Source: Spizellomyces punctatus DAOM BR117
Taxonomy: Eukaryota
Strand: one strand, 5' to 3'
Length of the DNA stretch: 64,000 nucleotides
Assembly (NCBI GenBank): GCA_000182565.2
Contig: KQ257457.1
Positions 15,001-26,444 of the stretch are shown here, one piece after another. Positions within the stretch are counted from its first letter, which is position 1; every line of letters begins with the position of its first letter. Made by a program: the position numbers and the translations under genes. The notes under the pieces are model-generated. The model was not told the origin of the DNA. It saw only the letters and a list, made by a program, of their open reading frames with translations, and made no database searches.

Positions 15001-15386
15001 GTATCCGCTTCTTCCTGCTCTAAAACGGACCGCGCTCGATTAACAAGATCTAGATTGTTGAGCGCTGAGTGTAGCTCCACCCGAGTAGGTATGGTTACTG
15101 GTCCCTTTTCAAGATCGGCTAGTTGAAATCCAACAGCTTGCTCGCCAACGTAACCTTTCAAGATTTGAGCCCAAGCGACAAGTATGACAGCATGCATCGA
15201 GTTGGGACCATAGGTTTTGGCACACGATTGTGCGAAATGCGATACATCGATCGACGAATGGAATGTTTCAGTAAGATGAGATGCTGTAGATGCAGAGGAA
15301 GGCAGCAGCTTCCCGCTCAAGTTTGGAAAGGCCGTGATTAGCTGGTCAGCAGCAACTGGCGAAGGTGTTGGGTGTCCGAGCATCAT
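1..15386 (-). CDS. sidC: Ferrichrome-type siderophore nonribosomal peptide synthetase (SidC/NPS2/Sib1 family); partial-C-(A-T-C)x4-A5..., 3' end runs off the window
   Basis: Inferred exons: 15386-14904, 14839-11417, 11351-8862, 8798-8390, 8320-7923, 7858-4619, 4536-1723, 1642-1340 and 1269-<1, all joined in frame by GT-AG introns of 63-82 nt. Five A domains carry YTSG(S/T)TGxPKG and YGPTE; A1-A4 also show (K/R)TGD. Four T domains (LG(I/L)DS) and four C domains (HHA(V/L)YDG) are present. A1 has LLTIGEML and GPTECAIHCT, and A2 has GPTETTNVC, as I recall for ferrichrome synthetases. The gene is divergent from a sidA gene. Apparent frameshift at 54/55. Confidence 0.93.
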
Positions 15387-16838
15387 GAAAATAGGTCACA
15401 CTTGAGGAGTCGTATATAGCCGATGCGAGGGAAATTGATGAATAAAATGCGAGCTAATGTCCTGAGAGATCAATTAAAGATAATGGTATAAGGCTCTGAA
15501 AGATGCGCCGTAATCAAAGAGGTAATGGGTAGCTCGATAGAATATAGATGATGCCCGATTGCACAAATGCTGCTGATCAAGAAACACAGAGCCAGAGGAA
15601 TGAGACGTAAGCCATCGCTTTACAGCAGCAAACAACGACAAAAAAAATAAGAATCGCAATTGCATGCAACTCTGGAGATGACCGACAAGTGATCGGCTGC
15701 AATGGCCTGTTACGATCCTTCCGGCTTGGAAGGAGGCATTTCCCACATTCACAATTTTTTCAAACGTTTTTTTTTTTCTTTGTGAATTCTATTTTGTCTG
15801 AAAACAAAAAACTATAAAATAATCGGATACCATGTCCATACGATGGTGCATTTTTGGTCCCTTGGCAAGTCGTCGTCGGACCCTTGGAGAACAGGAAGAT
15901 GCTGCCAATCAGCGTGCGTTGTCGTCGGGCCCTCCAAAGGCTCAAAAAATACTCTTCCTGGTTGTTGTACCAATATCGTCACCACCTCCAAAAGACTAGA
16001 GCACACCCGGCACCCTCACACAGAACCCTCGGTTGAGGGAGACCCGATTGGAAGACAAACAAGGTTTCTTTTTCTCTTCCTGCAATCAATTCATTTGCTA
16101 CAGGATTCCTGCCCGAGAGCAACCAACGACCGACAACCGACGGACTGGGATGTTAAAGTGCGCAGATATCAAGCTTACAAGGAAATGACGGAATAAGTGT
16201 GCTAAAAAGGTGTTCCAAAAAAACTTTAAATTTCAACGACCGCGTGGCTTCAACTAGTCGTGATTGGCTGACATTGTCCGATCGTAGCTGGATCGATCCA
16301 ATTGTAAACAAATGCGTTTATGCGCGCCCTTCCAATGCTGCTTTTTGCGTTGATGTTGGATTTTGCTTGCTTTCACTTTTGCATCGCCGCATCGGTCGTC
16401 GTCCGCCAATCGGATAGAGTTTTCCTTTTCATGGCACTTACCATGTCCATTGTTTACACACTTTCGGGATGGTCCTTCGGCCCCCCCTCTCCACACAGGT
16501 AACTCACCAAAAATGAAAAAAAATTGCGTCGGCGAAGGGCCATGACTCCTCGTGCGTAATGGATTCTGAACTTGTCGCTTTTTTGTGCCGACGACGGGAT
16601 ATTGCCCTGGCATGTCCCTAGAGTTTTTTTTTGTTCTTAAATACATCCACCCTCTCGCGTACCCCACCAAAAACAGCACCTCTGTTTGGTATGTGGAAAG
16701 CTTTGTACTTGATCCTCACCCATAACACGCCGCAATACCCACTAGAATAGACATTTTCCATTCCTTATCCCTTGGCTCCCATCATTATCGATTTCTTACA
16801 TCTTTTAACTCCTTCACACACGAGACACCAAGAGCAAA
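15387..16838. promoter_or_regulatory. Bidirectional promoter between the NRPS and the sidA-acyltransferase fusion
   Basis: Head-to-head ATGs at 15386 (-) and 16839 (+). Contains AATCGGATA twice (15821, 16408), a 12-bp direct repeat TACCATGTCCAT (15828, 16439), CCAAT at 16406 and AGATAA at 15478. Confidence 0.6.
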
Positions 16839-18938
16839 ATGCCTGCCACGCAATCACAGCCAGAACAATTTGATGTTCTCTGCGTCGGGTTTGGACCAGC
16901 AGGACTGGCCATTGCGGCTGCTATGGCAGACGAAAAAGTCATATCTCTCGACACGACAACAGCGGATGAGAGCCTACGTGTTCGTTTCATTGAAAAGCAG
17001 CCTTCCTTCCTCTGGCACGGTGGTATGCTTCTTGATGGTACAAAGATGCAAATCTCCTTTCTCAAGGACTTAGCTACCCTGCGCGACCCCACGAGTAACT
17101 TCACCTTCCTCAAATACCTGCACGAGAACGATCGTCTCGTTCCATTCGTGAATCTGGGTACCTGGAACCCATACCGGGTCGAATTCAACGATTATCTGTC
17201 ATGGGCGGCAAAAAAGTTTGAGAAATTCTGCGATTACGGTGAACAAGTCATGTCTGTGGACCCATTGATTCATCCCCAAGACGGGACCGTCAGTCAGCTA
17301 CGGGTTACTTCAAGAACCTCAGATGGAGCCCGCATAGTAAGAGACACCAAGAATATCATTGTGGCCATCGGTGGCCAGCCACGGTACCCAGATTTTGTTC
17401 ACCGGTCTATCGGTTCCCAAGTAGACCAGACAACTACTCCCCACCTTGCACATACCTCTCAATACACCTACCGTGTCCAACAAATGCTTCCAGATGCTGA
17501 GGCATCATACCGTCTCGCGGTGATCGGATCGGGACAGAGTGCGGCCGAAGTATTCATGGACTTGGGACGAAGGTATCCCAACGCTGAAGTCAACCTCATC
17601 TTCCGCGATTCGGCTCTCCGCCCGTCGGATGACTCTCCCTTTGTCAACGAGGTGTTTGACCCTGACCGTCGCGATGCCTTTTATGCGCAAACATCCGAAC
17701 AACGGAAAAGTTCTCTTATCCGGGATAAAGCAACCAACTACTCTGTTGTCAACGAAAATCTCATTAATGAGATCTACGGCATGATGTACATGCAACGGTT
17801 ACCTGGAAGCGAAACCCGACCTAAGCATGCACTGATGCCAAATCATTCCATACTGGACATGCACAAGTCGAGTGGCGGCATCACTCTAACGCTAAGGGAC
17901 TCTCGCAGCGATAATACGACTGGATATGAACGGACTTTTGATGCCGTGTTTCTCGGCACGGGATACGAGCGATTCGCCCACTTGGATGTGCTACAGCCCG
18001 TGCTGCCGTACCTGAACAAGGATCAGGACAACAAGATTGTTGTCGGTCGTGACTACAGAGTGTCAACAACCAATGCCTGTCGCGCTGGCATCTACGTACA
18101 AGGTTGTTGTGAAGATACCCACGGACTAAGTGATACACTCCTTTCAGTTCTGGGTGTTCGAGGTGGCGAGGTGCTTCAGTCCATTCAAGCACGCATGAAC
18201 AAGGTGCAGATTCTCGGTCAGAAGCAGAGCGGCAACATGGTGGATGTTAAGCAAACCGCTACTCCACCAGCATCACCGGTACCTTCTCCTACCACCTGTC
18301 AACGCATCAACGTAGACAGGATAGATAGTGGGATCAACGTGACGGGAACCAAGAAAGAGTCGGGCCTTGCACCATGTCCACCCAAACCCTTACCTGGCAC
18401 TATCCTCTTCTCCAAATATATACCTCACCTGAATGAAACATTCTCCCTTCGTGTCGCCAACCTCCAGACCGACATCCCCCTTCTGACAAAATGGCACAAC
18501 AATCCTCGAGTCAGTAAATTTTGGAATGAAGTAGGAGATGAGTCTCATCATACCAAATACCTCTCGACACTTCTCGCCGATCCCCACTCTATTCCTTGCA
18601 TTGGCATGTTCAACGACGTCCCTTTCGCCTACTTTGAGATTTACTGGGCGGCACACGATCGACTCGCAGGATATTATGATGCTGGTACGCATGACCGTGG
18701 GTTCCATCTTTTGGTAGGAGAAGAAGCATACAGGGGCTCCCACCGTGTGGAGGGATGGTTGCCCGCAGTCGTGGAGTTTATGTTTGGAGATTGCTCGGGC
18801 ACAAAGAGGGTTGTTTTGGAACCTAGAGCGGACAATGGGAAGCTGATAGGATACTTGTGCAATTTTGGATTCCAGTTCAAAGGAGAAATCAAGCTGCCGC
18901 ATAAGACGGCAGCGTTAATGGTTATGGAGACGGAATAG
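16839..18938 (+). CDS. sidA: L-ornithine N5-monooxygenase fused to a C-terminal N5-hydroxyornithine acyltransferase (GNAT, AlcB/IucB/SidL/SidF type)
   Basis: Single 699-aa ORF. The N-terminal part has GFGPAGL (FAD), WHGGML..MQISFLKDL, IGSGQSAAE (NADPH), RPSDDSPFVNE, ATNYSVV, FLGTGY and HGLSDTLLS. After a Pro/Ser linker come PPKPLPG..FSKYIPHL, WHNNPRV..FW, PFAYFEIYWAAHD, DRGFHLLVGE, VVLEPRADN and LPHKTAALM. Confidence 0.93.
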   Translation: MPATQSQPEQFDVLCVGFGPAGLAIAAAMADEKVISLDTTTADESLRVRFIEKQPSFLWHGGMLLDGTKMQISFLKDLATLRDPTSNFTFLKYLHENDRLVPFVNLGTWNPYRVEFNDYLSWAAKKFEKFCDYGEQVMSVDPLIHPQDGTVSQLRVTSRTSDGARIVRDTKNIIVAIGGQPRYPDFVHRSIGSQVDQTTTPHLAHTSQYTYRVQQMLPDAEASYRLAVIGSGQSAAEVFMDLGRRYPNAEVNLIFRDSALRPSDDSPFVNEVFDPDRRDAFYAQTSEQRKSSLIRDKATNYSVVNENLINEIYGMMYMQRLPGSETRPKHALMPNHSILDMHKSSGGITLTLRDSRSDNTTGYERTFDAVFLGTGYERFAHLDVLQPVLPYLNKDQDNKIVVGRDYRVSTTNACRAGIYVQGCCEDTHGLSDTLLSVLGVRGGEVLQSIQARMNKVQILGQKQSGNMVDVKQTATPPASPVPSPTTCQRINVDRIDSGINVTGTKKESGLAPCPPKPLPGTILFSKYIPHLNETFSLRVANLQTDIPLLTKWHNNPRVSKFWNEVGDESHHTKYLSTLLADPHSIPCIGMFNDVPFAYFEIYWAAHDRLAGYYDAGTHDRGFHLLVGEEAYRGSHRVEGWLPAVVEFMFGDCSGTKRVVLEPRADNGKLIGYLCNFGFQFKGEIKLPHKTAALMVMETE

Positions 18939-19102
18939 ATCAGAGAAGATGGACTGTAAGCACACTATTGTAAAATAACTGTTCAAAAAGTGGAGATCGC
19001 TTACGATACATTGGAACCACATTGTAATAAATCCATAAAGAGATAAATGACACTTTAGTTCCTGGGAAGCTCTTGCTTTGCTGTCTTTTCGTCCTTGACA
19101 CC

Positions 19103-21682
19103 ATGGATAGTGACCAGGAGGATTCTGACTTTCCGGAGGCGGATGTCGCATTGTAACTATGTTCTCGTTGGAGGGAGCTTTGTAAACTGATAATAATAAC
19201 ACGTTGTTTTTTCTTGGCTTTTAGGGAAAGAGTCTTTAGCCAAAGGACACTTGGGAGACTATCCCAGGCACCCGCATCACAACCAATATCTTCACCGTCC
19301 AACTCCCAGCCATTAACACAGAAATCTTCCCAGTCCACAATATCGCCAAACAAAGCAGCAAGATCGCCAGACCCCCACACGTCGGGAGACCTCAATTGGC
19401 AATTCACCTCATCCGCGTCCCCCACGGCGGCCTCTGGGCGAACCAGAGTTGCGCGCACACCCTCTACATCACCCGAGCCACAAATTCCTATCTTCAAGGT
19501 TCCCTTCCTTCCTGGCACTGTTGCTGAGGTGGAACAAGTCTATAGTCAGCTGACGATGACGCCCAACATTAGCCTTTCACCGAGCCATTCTGTCCCTGCA
19601 ACCGTTACGCATAGCGCCAGCAACAGTGTCAGTGAAAGAGATCAGCACGCCCCACCTTCGATACCGGCCAGTTCTTCGGTCGATAACGAGACCGCAGCGC
19701 CTCCACAAAAGGCTAAGCCGCGTCAACGACGGAAGACCGTAGAAACGCTCGCCGTAGATTTGGCAGGTGACATCGAAATGGTACCAATTGGAGAGGATGA
19801 TGAGGATTGGAGACCTAAAAAGAAGGCTTCATCATCAAAACGGAGGCGAATCCCGACCCGGCGCAATACTACTGGTAGGAATCGCGCGGATGCACGATCG
19901 GGCGATACGATGTCAATCAAAAGAGAAACGCACTGTGAACAGTTTGAGACGTTGGTGAGGGAAGCAGAGCGTGATCATGTATCTGGAGACCTGGTACTGG
20001 GAGGCCGGCTTGGCGGCAGCGGGCTGGGGGGACTGGAAGGGCTGAGAAAGAGAAAGAATCAGAAATTATCCTTGGAAGCAGAAGATGAGCTGGACGAACG
20101 GAGAGAAGGAACAGAGTCGCCACCTGTGCGAGTCTATACTGAAGAACAGCATGAAGGCCGGATGGGACCGCAGCGCCAGAGGAGGAGAGCGCAAAAGCAG
20201 GCGGCTCTGGAAGCAGAAGCCGAGCTGGAAGAAGAGAGAGAACAGCTGGGACACGTTCAAGAAGATCTTGACGAACAGGTTACCGCCGGAGAATCTATTC
20301 CTATGGCTGTCCGTAAAGGGACAGCGCAACGGCCATCTTCGCAGAGCTCACTCCGAAAGACACCCGTTCTGGACGTGAAAGGGAAAGGTCCAGCCGAAAG
20401 AGCGCCAGCAAAAGATGTACATGGAATCAACAGGGCACAGAGTCGAGGTGGGGCCTCTAAAAATCATCAGGAAGAGTCTATAGACGATCGGATGACGGAG
20501 ATGGATCCGCACCGCCTTGACAAAGGACAGGTGGAAAATAGTCCCACGACAGAGTCACAGAAAGTACGACAGGGTAACACCAGTACAGCAAAGCCGGTTA
20601 CTACAATAAGAGCTGGTAGCTCAGTACCTGGGTCCGAGGTACAATCGCCTGCGAGTCCCTCTCTCAGCAACAATGGGCAAACGTCGAGTTATGCCCCTAA
20701 TTCACAGCAGAATCTTGTACAAGCCACCAATAGCTCCATAACTCAATCAACTGAGAGCATGTCGAGCCTCGAATCCGCATCCAATACGATATTGCCCACG
20801 GCATCCGTCCTCTATCAGAATATCCAAGTCCTTCAACTTCAACTGGCAACACAAGCCCAACAGCTCGGGAACCTCCAAGCCCAATACAATGCACTTCAAA
20901 CCCAATTCAACGCAATGCAAAACCAATATTTCAACGACAAGACACATGTCCATAAACAATTGGACGGCACTGTGGATCGGATTGAAAATTTGGAGCAGTT
21001 TGCGGATAATCAGTACAAAGATAACGATTCCATCAAGGAGGATTTGAACCAGATGAAAGAATGGGGGCTTCACCAGATAAATGAACGGGCTGAAAAAATT
21101 GAGGAGCAGGTTGAGCATTTGGGTTGGAGGATTGATTCCATTGAGTGGGAGGAAGATGGAGAGGATCCGCCGAATGGGCAAAATAGGGATGATGACTGGC
21201 GAACGCTGGGACCAGACGATGCAAATCCAAGTTCATCGTCCGTCGCTGACATTGAAGAAGAAGGAGAAGAGGCAGCAGAGCAAGTCCAAGCTAGCAACAG
21301 TCAACATAAAAGTCCAAAAGCTCGATCCCATTTAGATCCCACAGTTCCTGCCATACAAATTGGACCAAACCGCGAATTTGAACGAAATATCAAAGACAGT
21401 AGCGAACTCCCAATGACATCCCCTCCAAGCTCACCGCCACGTACTCCCGTACCGCATTCACCTCCATCTGCTCAATCTCCTAGAAAACGTAAACCCAGTT
21501 TCATGTCACCCACAATCCCCCAAGAGTCTAACGACCCAGAGCTCGAGAAACAAGAGCACGAGGGTCGACCGGCGAAACGTCAGAGGTTGCCGACATCCAC
21601 AAGGCTTTGGACGGCGGGATTGATTAGTCTTGGAATATGGGCTGGGCAAGAGTGGTTGTGGGGTGGTGGGGCCGGGTTTTAA
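19103..21682 (+). CDS. Hypothetical disordered and coiled-coil protein with a C-terminal hydrophobic tail
   Basis: ATG at 19103; an intron at 19153-19224 joins in frame to the 822-aa ORF. Ser/Pro-rich and acidic/basic tracts, a Gln-rich heptad stretch (IQVLQLQLATQAQQLGNLQAQYNALQ), basic clusters and a terminal LWTAGLISLGIWAGQEWLW. Confidence 0.7.
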
Positions 21683-22122
21683 TTGCTGTATAACTAATGA
21701 TCTATTATTGGGCTGCTGTCATTGGCCATTTTGCTTTCTGGGGGTTTTTGGTATAATGCGATTGGAAAGTACATAGTTTATTTTCTTTTTTTTTTTTTTC
21801 ACGATGCTATTAGGATATATGAATATTGTTGTTTGCGTGCTGTACTCGATCTTTTCAACGAGTTTTTGGAGAGAATTCTGTTTCTTGGCGGCCATGTCAT
21901 GGGCGTGAGCTGCTCTTCATCCGTTATACCAACATCGCTCCCCCAGTATTCTGGAGAAAGGATTTGCACACACTTGCAACCGACTCTTGCTGTCTGAATG
22001 CAGTTTTTTCCGCGCATCAAAATTGTATTTAGAGTACCTCAACAAAATCAAACCAAAAAGAAAAAAAAGACAAACAGTAACAGTAACACACCCTCTACAT
22101 CTACGTAAGCCCCTACCGTCCA

Positions 22123-25100
22123 CTATACCGATTCCCCCCCACGAGTCCCAAAAACATCCAAAACCCATTCAGGCCACGCCTCACCATTCTGAACCCGGTC
22201 TCTCCACTTCCAATACTCGCCATTAAACCTCCAATGCTCTTCCCCACCATCCTCTTCCACCTCTCGAACAAACCATCTGGGGACCCACCAGGCCTCACCA
22301 ATGGGTATACCAACATCAGAGGATGGGCCGGATGGGACGCCTGTTTTCTCAAACTCTGCGATAATATTTTTTCGTCTGTTGCGCTGGAGTTCTTCTAGCT
22401 TTTCTTTGCAGGTGTTGGCTAGGTCCCACTGACCTTTTTCCATTGCCTGTTGGTCTGGCCGGATACGAGAGTCCGTGGGGGGTAGGACCGAGGTGAGAGT
22501 AGGATTGGCTTCGTTTAATGAACAGGCAAATGCGGTAAAGTTGAAATTTTGCGAAGCATTGGCTGGTGTGGGGTTACGTCGCCACAACGGGAGAGGTTGA
22601 GTCAATATTTTGGGTTTACCGGCTGGTGAGCCGACAAAGTGCGCTACGACCTTGTCGTCCCAGCGCCCTTTTAGCTCCCATTTGACTACCCCATTCGCGT
22701 CCTTGACGATTCCAACAATTTCACCACCGCCGTTATCCGCGTCTCCGTTTGCGTCATCCTTCTTCTTGCTCCCCCCGCCCAAGCCAAACCATCCTCCGCC
22801 GGCATTCTTGGGTTTAAAGGTGATAATGCAATCCTCTCCTGTCCGGTAGTTGTGTATCGCCATGTCGCCATAATGATCGATCCAAAGCTTGCCAACAATG
22901 AGGTTGTTCACATTTGTGGTCACCTTTTTCCAGCTATAATGCTCCATGCCGGAAACACTGGCTTTCTCTTCGGGATTGGTAGCTTTTGTATAGACAGGAA
23001 GACGTGCATGGCACATTCCAAGAGGGTGAATCTCAAGGGATTTTCCCCAGAACTTGGATTTCACATTGACTTCCGTCCAGAAAGTATAATCTGGGGATTC
23101 GCAGTGACACGCACTGATTGGCTTACAGAAATAAAAAACAAGATGGTCAGAAACCCGACCACATCGTCTGCGAGAGACATATTTTCAGCATACCGGATGA
23201 TGGCAAACTTGTTCGGACAGGTATCTAAAACCCTTGTCCTCCCGGACCAACTCATATGTCTCGCCCTAAATTGCACCGTACGTTAGCATCAAGAAAAAGA
23301 CGAGTTAATAACATGCATTTGCACTCACCAGCAATGGATTGAAAGGTTTATTCACCCTGCCCACCGTGCTCGAGTAATTGCTCATCGCATAGGCCCCGAC
23401 ATACATGATTCTCACCAAACTCGCATCCTCCTCGTCTAATCCACACAAATCGTCGAAAGACACCCCAAGTGTCTGAGCAGCAGTACGCGCCGCACCGCCT
23501 TCTTCCGCAGGCACAAAACCTCGTCCAACACAGCTGGCGAGTGATAACAGCTCAATGTACTCGATATCCTCACACATTCGTTGTAACATACTCAGAGGCT
23601 CGTTGAAGAATACGGGTAGCGTGACTTTGCTCAAATCCTTTCCGATCGCGGATTTGAGGAAAGACCAGACGGCCAGAGACGGCTTCGGGGTGGATGGGTC
23701 TAGAGGAAGCGAGGTACGGTAGTTACCTGTCGGTGGATATCCGTACAAGGATTTTTCGAGAGCTTTTCGAGATATCACATGTCCAGAGGGAAGGACCAGA
23801 GACATTGATGTTGCTGTCCGAGTAGGTCTCCGCGCCAAAACAGGTTTTCCAACACTTTCATCGATCGCATCAAATCCAAACATGTTCTCAATATATCCCG
23901 TGTCCGTTTTCGCAGCCGATGTGTCCGTTTCGATGGCATCGTAAAAGACATCACCGTCCTCCGTCTCCAAAAACTCGTCCTCCTCCAAGTCAACATCACC
24001 ATGTCCCGAGGTAGCTATGGACACTGTATCAGAACCACCAACAGGATGCCCAACCCGCAATGTAATATTTTGCCCGCTCGGTAACCCTTCAATTCCCAAG
24101 ACTTTCTGCACCACCTCCTCCCATCTTCTCCGACTCTCTTTTTCCTTCTTCCATCTCCTCGCCCAATGCCGTTGACGTTGCTCGCAGCGTTCGACCAGCT
24201 TCCGCACGGTATCCTGTACGTGTTTGGATGAACTTTGGAGTAAGGACGGCAAATTTGAAACGTCCACTTCCTGTAAAAACGAAGTATTGGATGAAACCGG
24301 TCCTCCCGCAGATGGATCTGTCGAAGTGCTAAGGTTACTGCTATGGACTGTTAATGCATCCACAAGCGCCTCTACAACGCGCTGTTGAACGTCCAATTGC
24401 ACATTCAAAAGGTACATTAGTGTACCAATATCTTGGGTTGACGTGGTCGGCAGGGCGTCCTGTGCGGTTCGTGTGGTGTGAACGCTGGCCGGATAATGTC
24501 GGTCACCATCACCTGAAACCGAAGACCTTGCAGAACCAAGTGGTCCCTCTTCAGCGGGAACATTGAGGTTGTTTCCAGATGCTGCAAGGTCCGTAGCAAC
24601 CGACAGTCGCACAGAAGGGGCCTCATCTTCACCAGCGCTCGATTCTTGCTCCCATTCCTCGCTACCTTCCTTCTCTTCGACGCTTGTGTGCGAAGTGTCT
24701 CCGCTTGCATCTTTGGCACGATCAATCATGTACTTTTTGCTCTCCATCAATGCCCAGACCCACTTTTTAGCATCAGCAGGACTCCGTGCCTTCAACGAGT
24801 ATCGGACGCTTCCCTTTCCAACCACATCGAATCGGCTTTTATCGCTAGAGTCGGGTAGTACTACATTAGCAATCATTGTCGAGATGGACCCGCGGCATGC
24901 CAGGGGGTAGTCGGTAGAAGATTTGTAGTAGGAGAGATTCCCGTGCTCAAGAACAAAGTAGCGGTTTTTGTAGCCCACAGCATAGTTGGTCCATTTGAAA
25001 AGGGTGCCCCGCAAAGTCGGAGCTTGTGGATTGTGTGCTCCTGACGTTGAGGAAGTGGCTTGCGGTAGGCTGCCGGACATGATGGGAGCCTGTGCAATTG

Positions 25101-26104
25101 CTAAACTAAAATTTAGCGACACAGAAAAATTGATTCAATGCAAACCACCCAACCAACCTGTTTTGAGCTTCTCCTTTGTGTTGCTGTCCTTCTTTGGGCA
25201 GAGCTGCTCGAATGATTTTGATCAATAAATGGTAACATTCTGCGCAAGTACCAGCACCTACATCAACCGGCTTCTTTCCCTTCCTATCTTTGACACCCGG
25301 ATCCGCGCCTCGCTCCAGCGCCCAATTCAAAAGCTGGACGTCATCTGCTTTGGCCGCAAAATGCAGGAAACTGTGTTCAGTTTCGGGATCAATGGGTGCA
25401 TTGATATCAATCCATCCCATCGACAGGTATGCATTTGCTCGGGCATCGTTCTTGAACACATCGATCGCAGCTTGTGTTGCATTGTTATGAAGGTGTTGTC
25501 GGACCGTCGACAGGATCTTTTCTGCGTACTGCGTCTTATGAGCTGCAAATGCACCACTATGACCATTAGCGGGCATTCAGATGATTGCGTCGAATCCAAT
25601 ACTCACCGACAACCAACCCCGCTATTCGCTCCGACTTTGCCACTTCCTCCGCCGTCCTTCCATCGGCGTCTCGAATGGTATCATCCAATCCTTTGATTTT
25701 GAAGATCACCTCGACGATGTCAGCCCTCCCTAGTTTTGCAGCGACATGCAACGGGGTTTCACCGTCAGGTAGACTGCGTGCATTTACCCAGATCTTGAGT
25801 GCATCTCCAAAGGTTGCAACGAGGTGCTCAACCACCGGCGTCGAACATAGGGAGATGGCAAGGTGAAGAGGACTGCCATAGGAAGGTGTCACGGTGCTAT
25901 CTGCGAGGCGACGGACTGCTGCAGTAATAGTTGGTATGTCATTTGTGCGCATGGCATCAATCAGGTGGAGATGTTTAACCGACTCATCAACGGCTACCAT
26001 CGGGAAAAATGTCAACGCCAATCCCTCAATCTAATTAGACAGAATCAAAATGCAATACCTTTCCCCGGAGGGGATGCCGCTGACGATGAAGCTGGCGTCG
26101 ACAT
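22123..26104 (-). CDS. Oxysterol-binding protein, Osh1/Osh2 (Swh1) type: ankyrin repeats, PH, FFAT, ORD
   Basis: Ankyrin motifs (GSPLHLA, GETPLHVAAKLG, LHFAAK), PH domain (LRGTLFKWTNYAVGYKNRYFVL), FFAT-like DVFYDAIE, ORD lid (IGKDLSKVTLPVFFNEPLSMLQR), KPFNPLL, fingerprint EQVCHHP near 23200 and PPTDSRIRPDQ. Multi-exon; likely ATG at 26104. Confidence 0.93.
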
Positions 26105-26444
26105 GTCCGTTCGGTTGTCCAAAGTCCGTCAGTTATGTCGTCCGGATTCCCCTTTGGCATAAAAGTCGGCAAAACAGTCGGAATAACCTTGTAGCACTGC
26201 CCATCGCCTGCGCCACACTTGAGCATTATTATGTCATTCACACCCTGCTGCGTTGACCTGATCTAAACCATTCCAAAGAGTGTGACATTTCTTCAACCTG
26301 TTTTTTAGATTGTTGCCTATCGTAAAAAATAACCAATGAATACAAGTAATAATAATATGGACTGTACAAATGGATCTCCTATTAGTTGTAACACTTTTCC
26401 CATCAATAATACAAAATATAAAGCATATCAAACAAATGCACACA

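Noticed and set aside
16839..18938. Lack of introns as evidence of bacterial horizontal transfer
   Set aside because: Motifs look fungal-type and other genes here also have very long exons; a phylogeny is needed.
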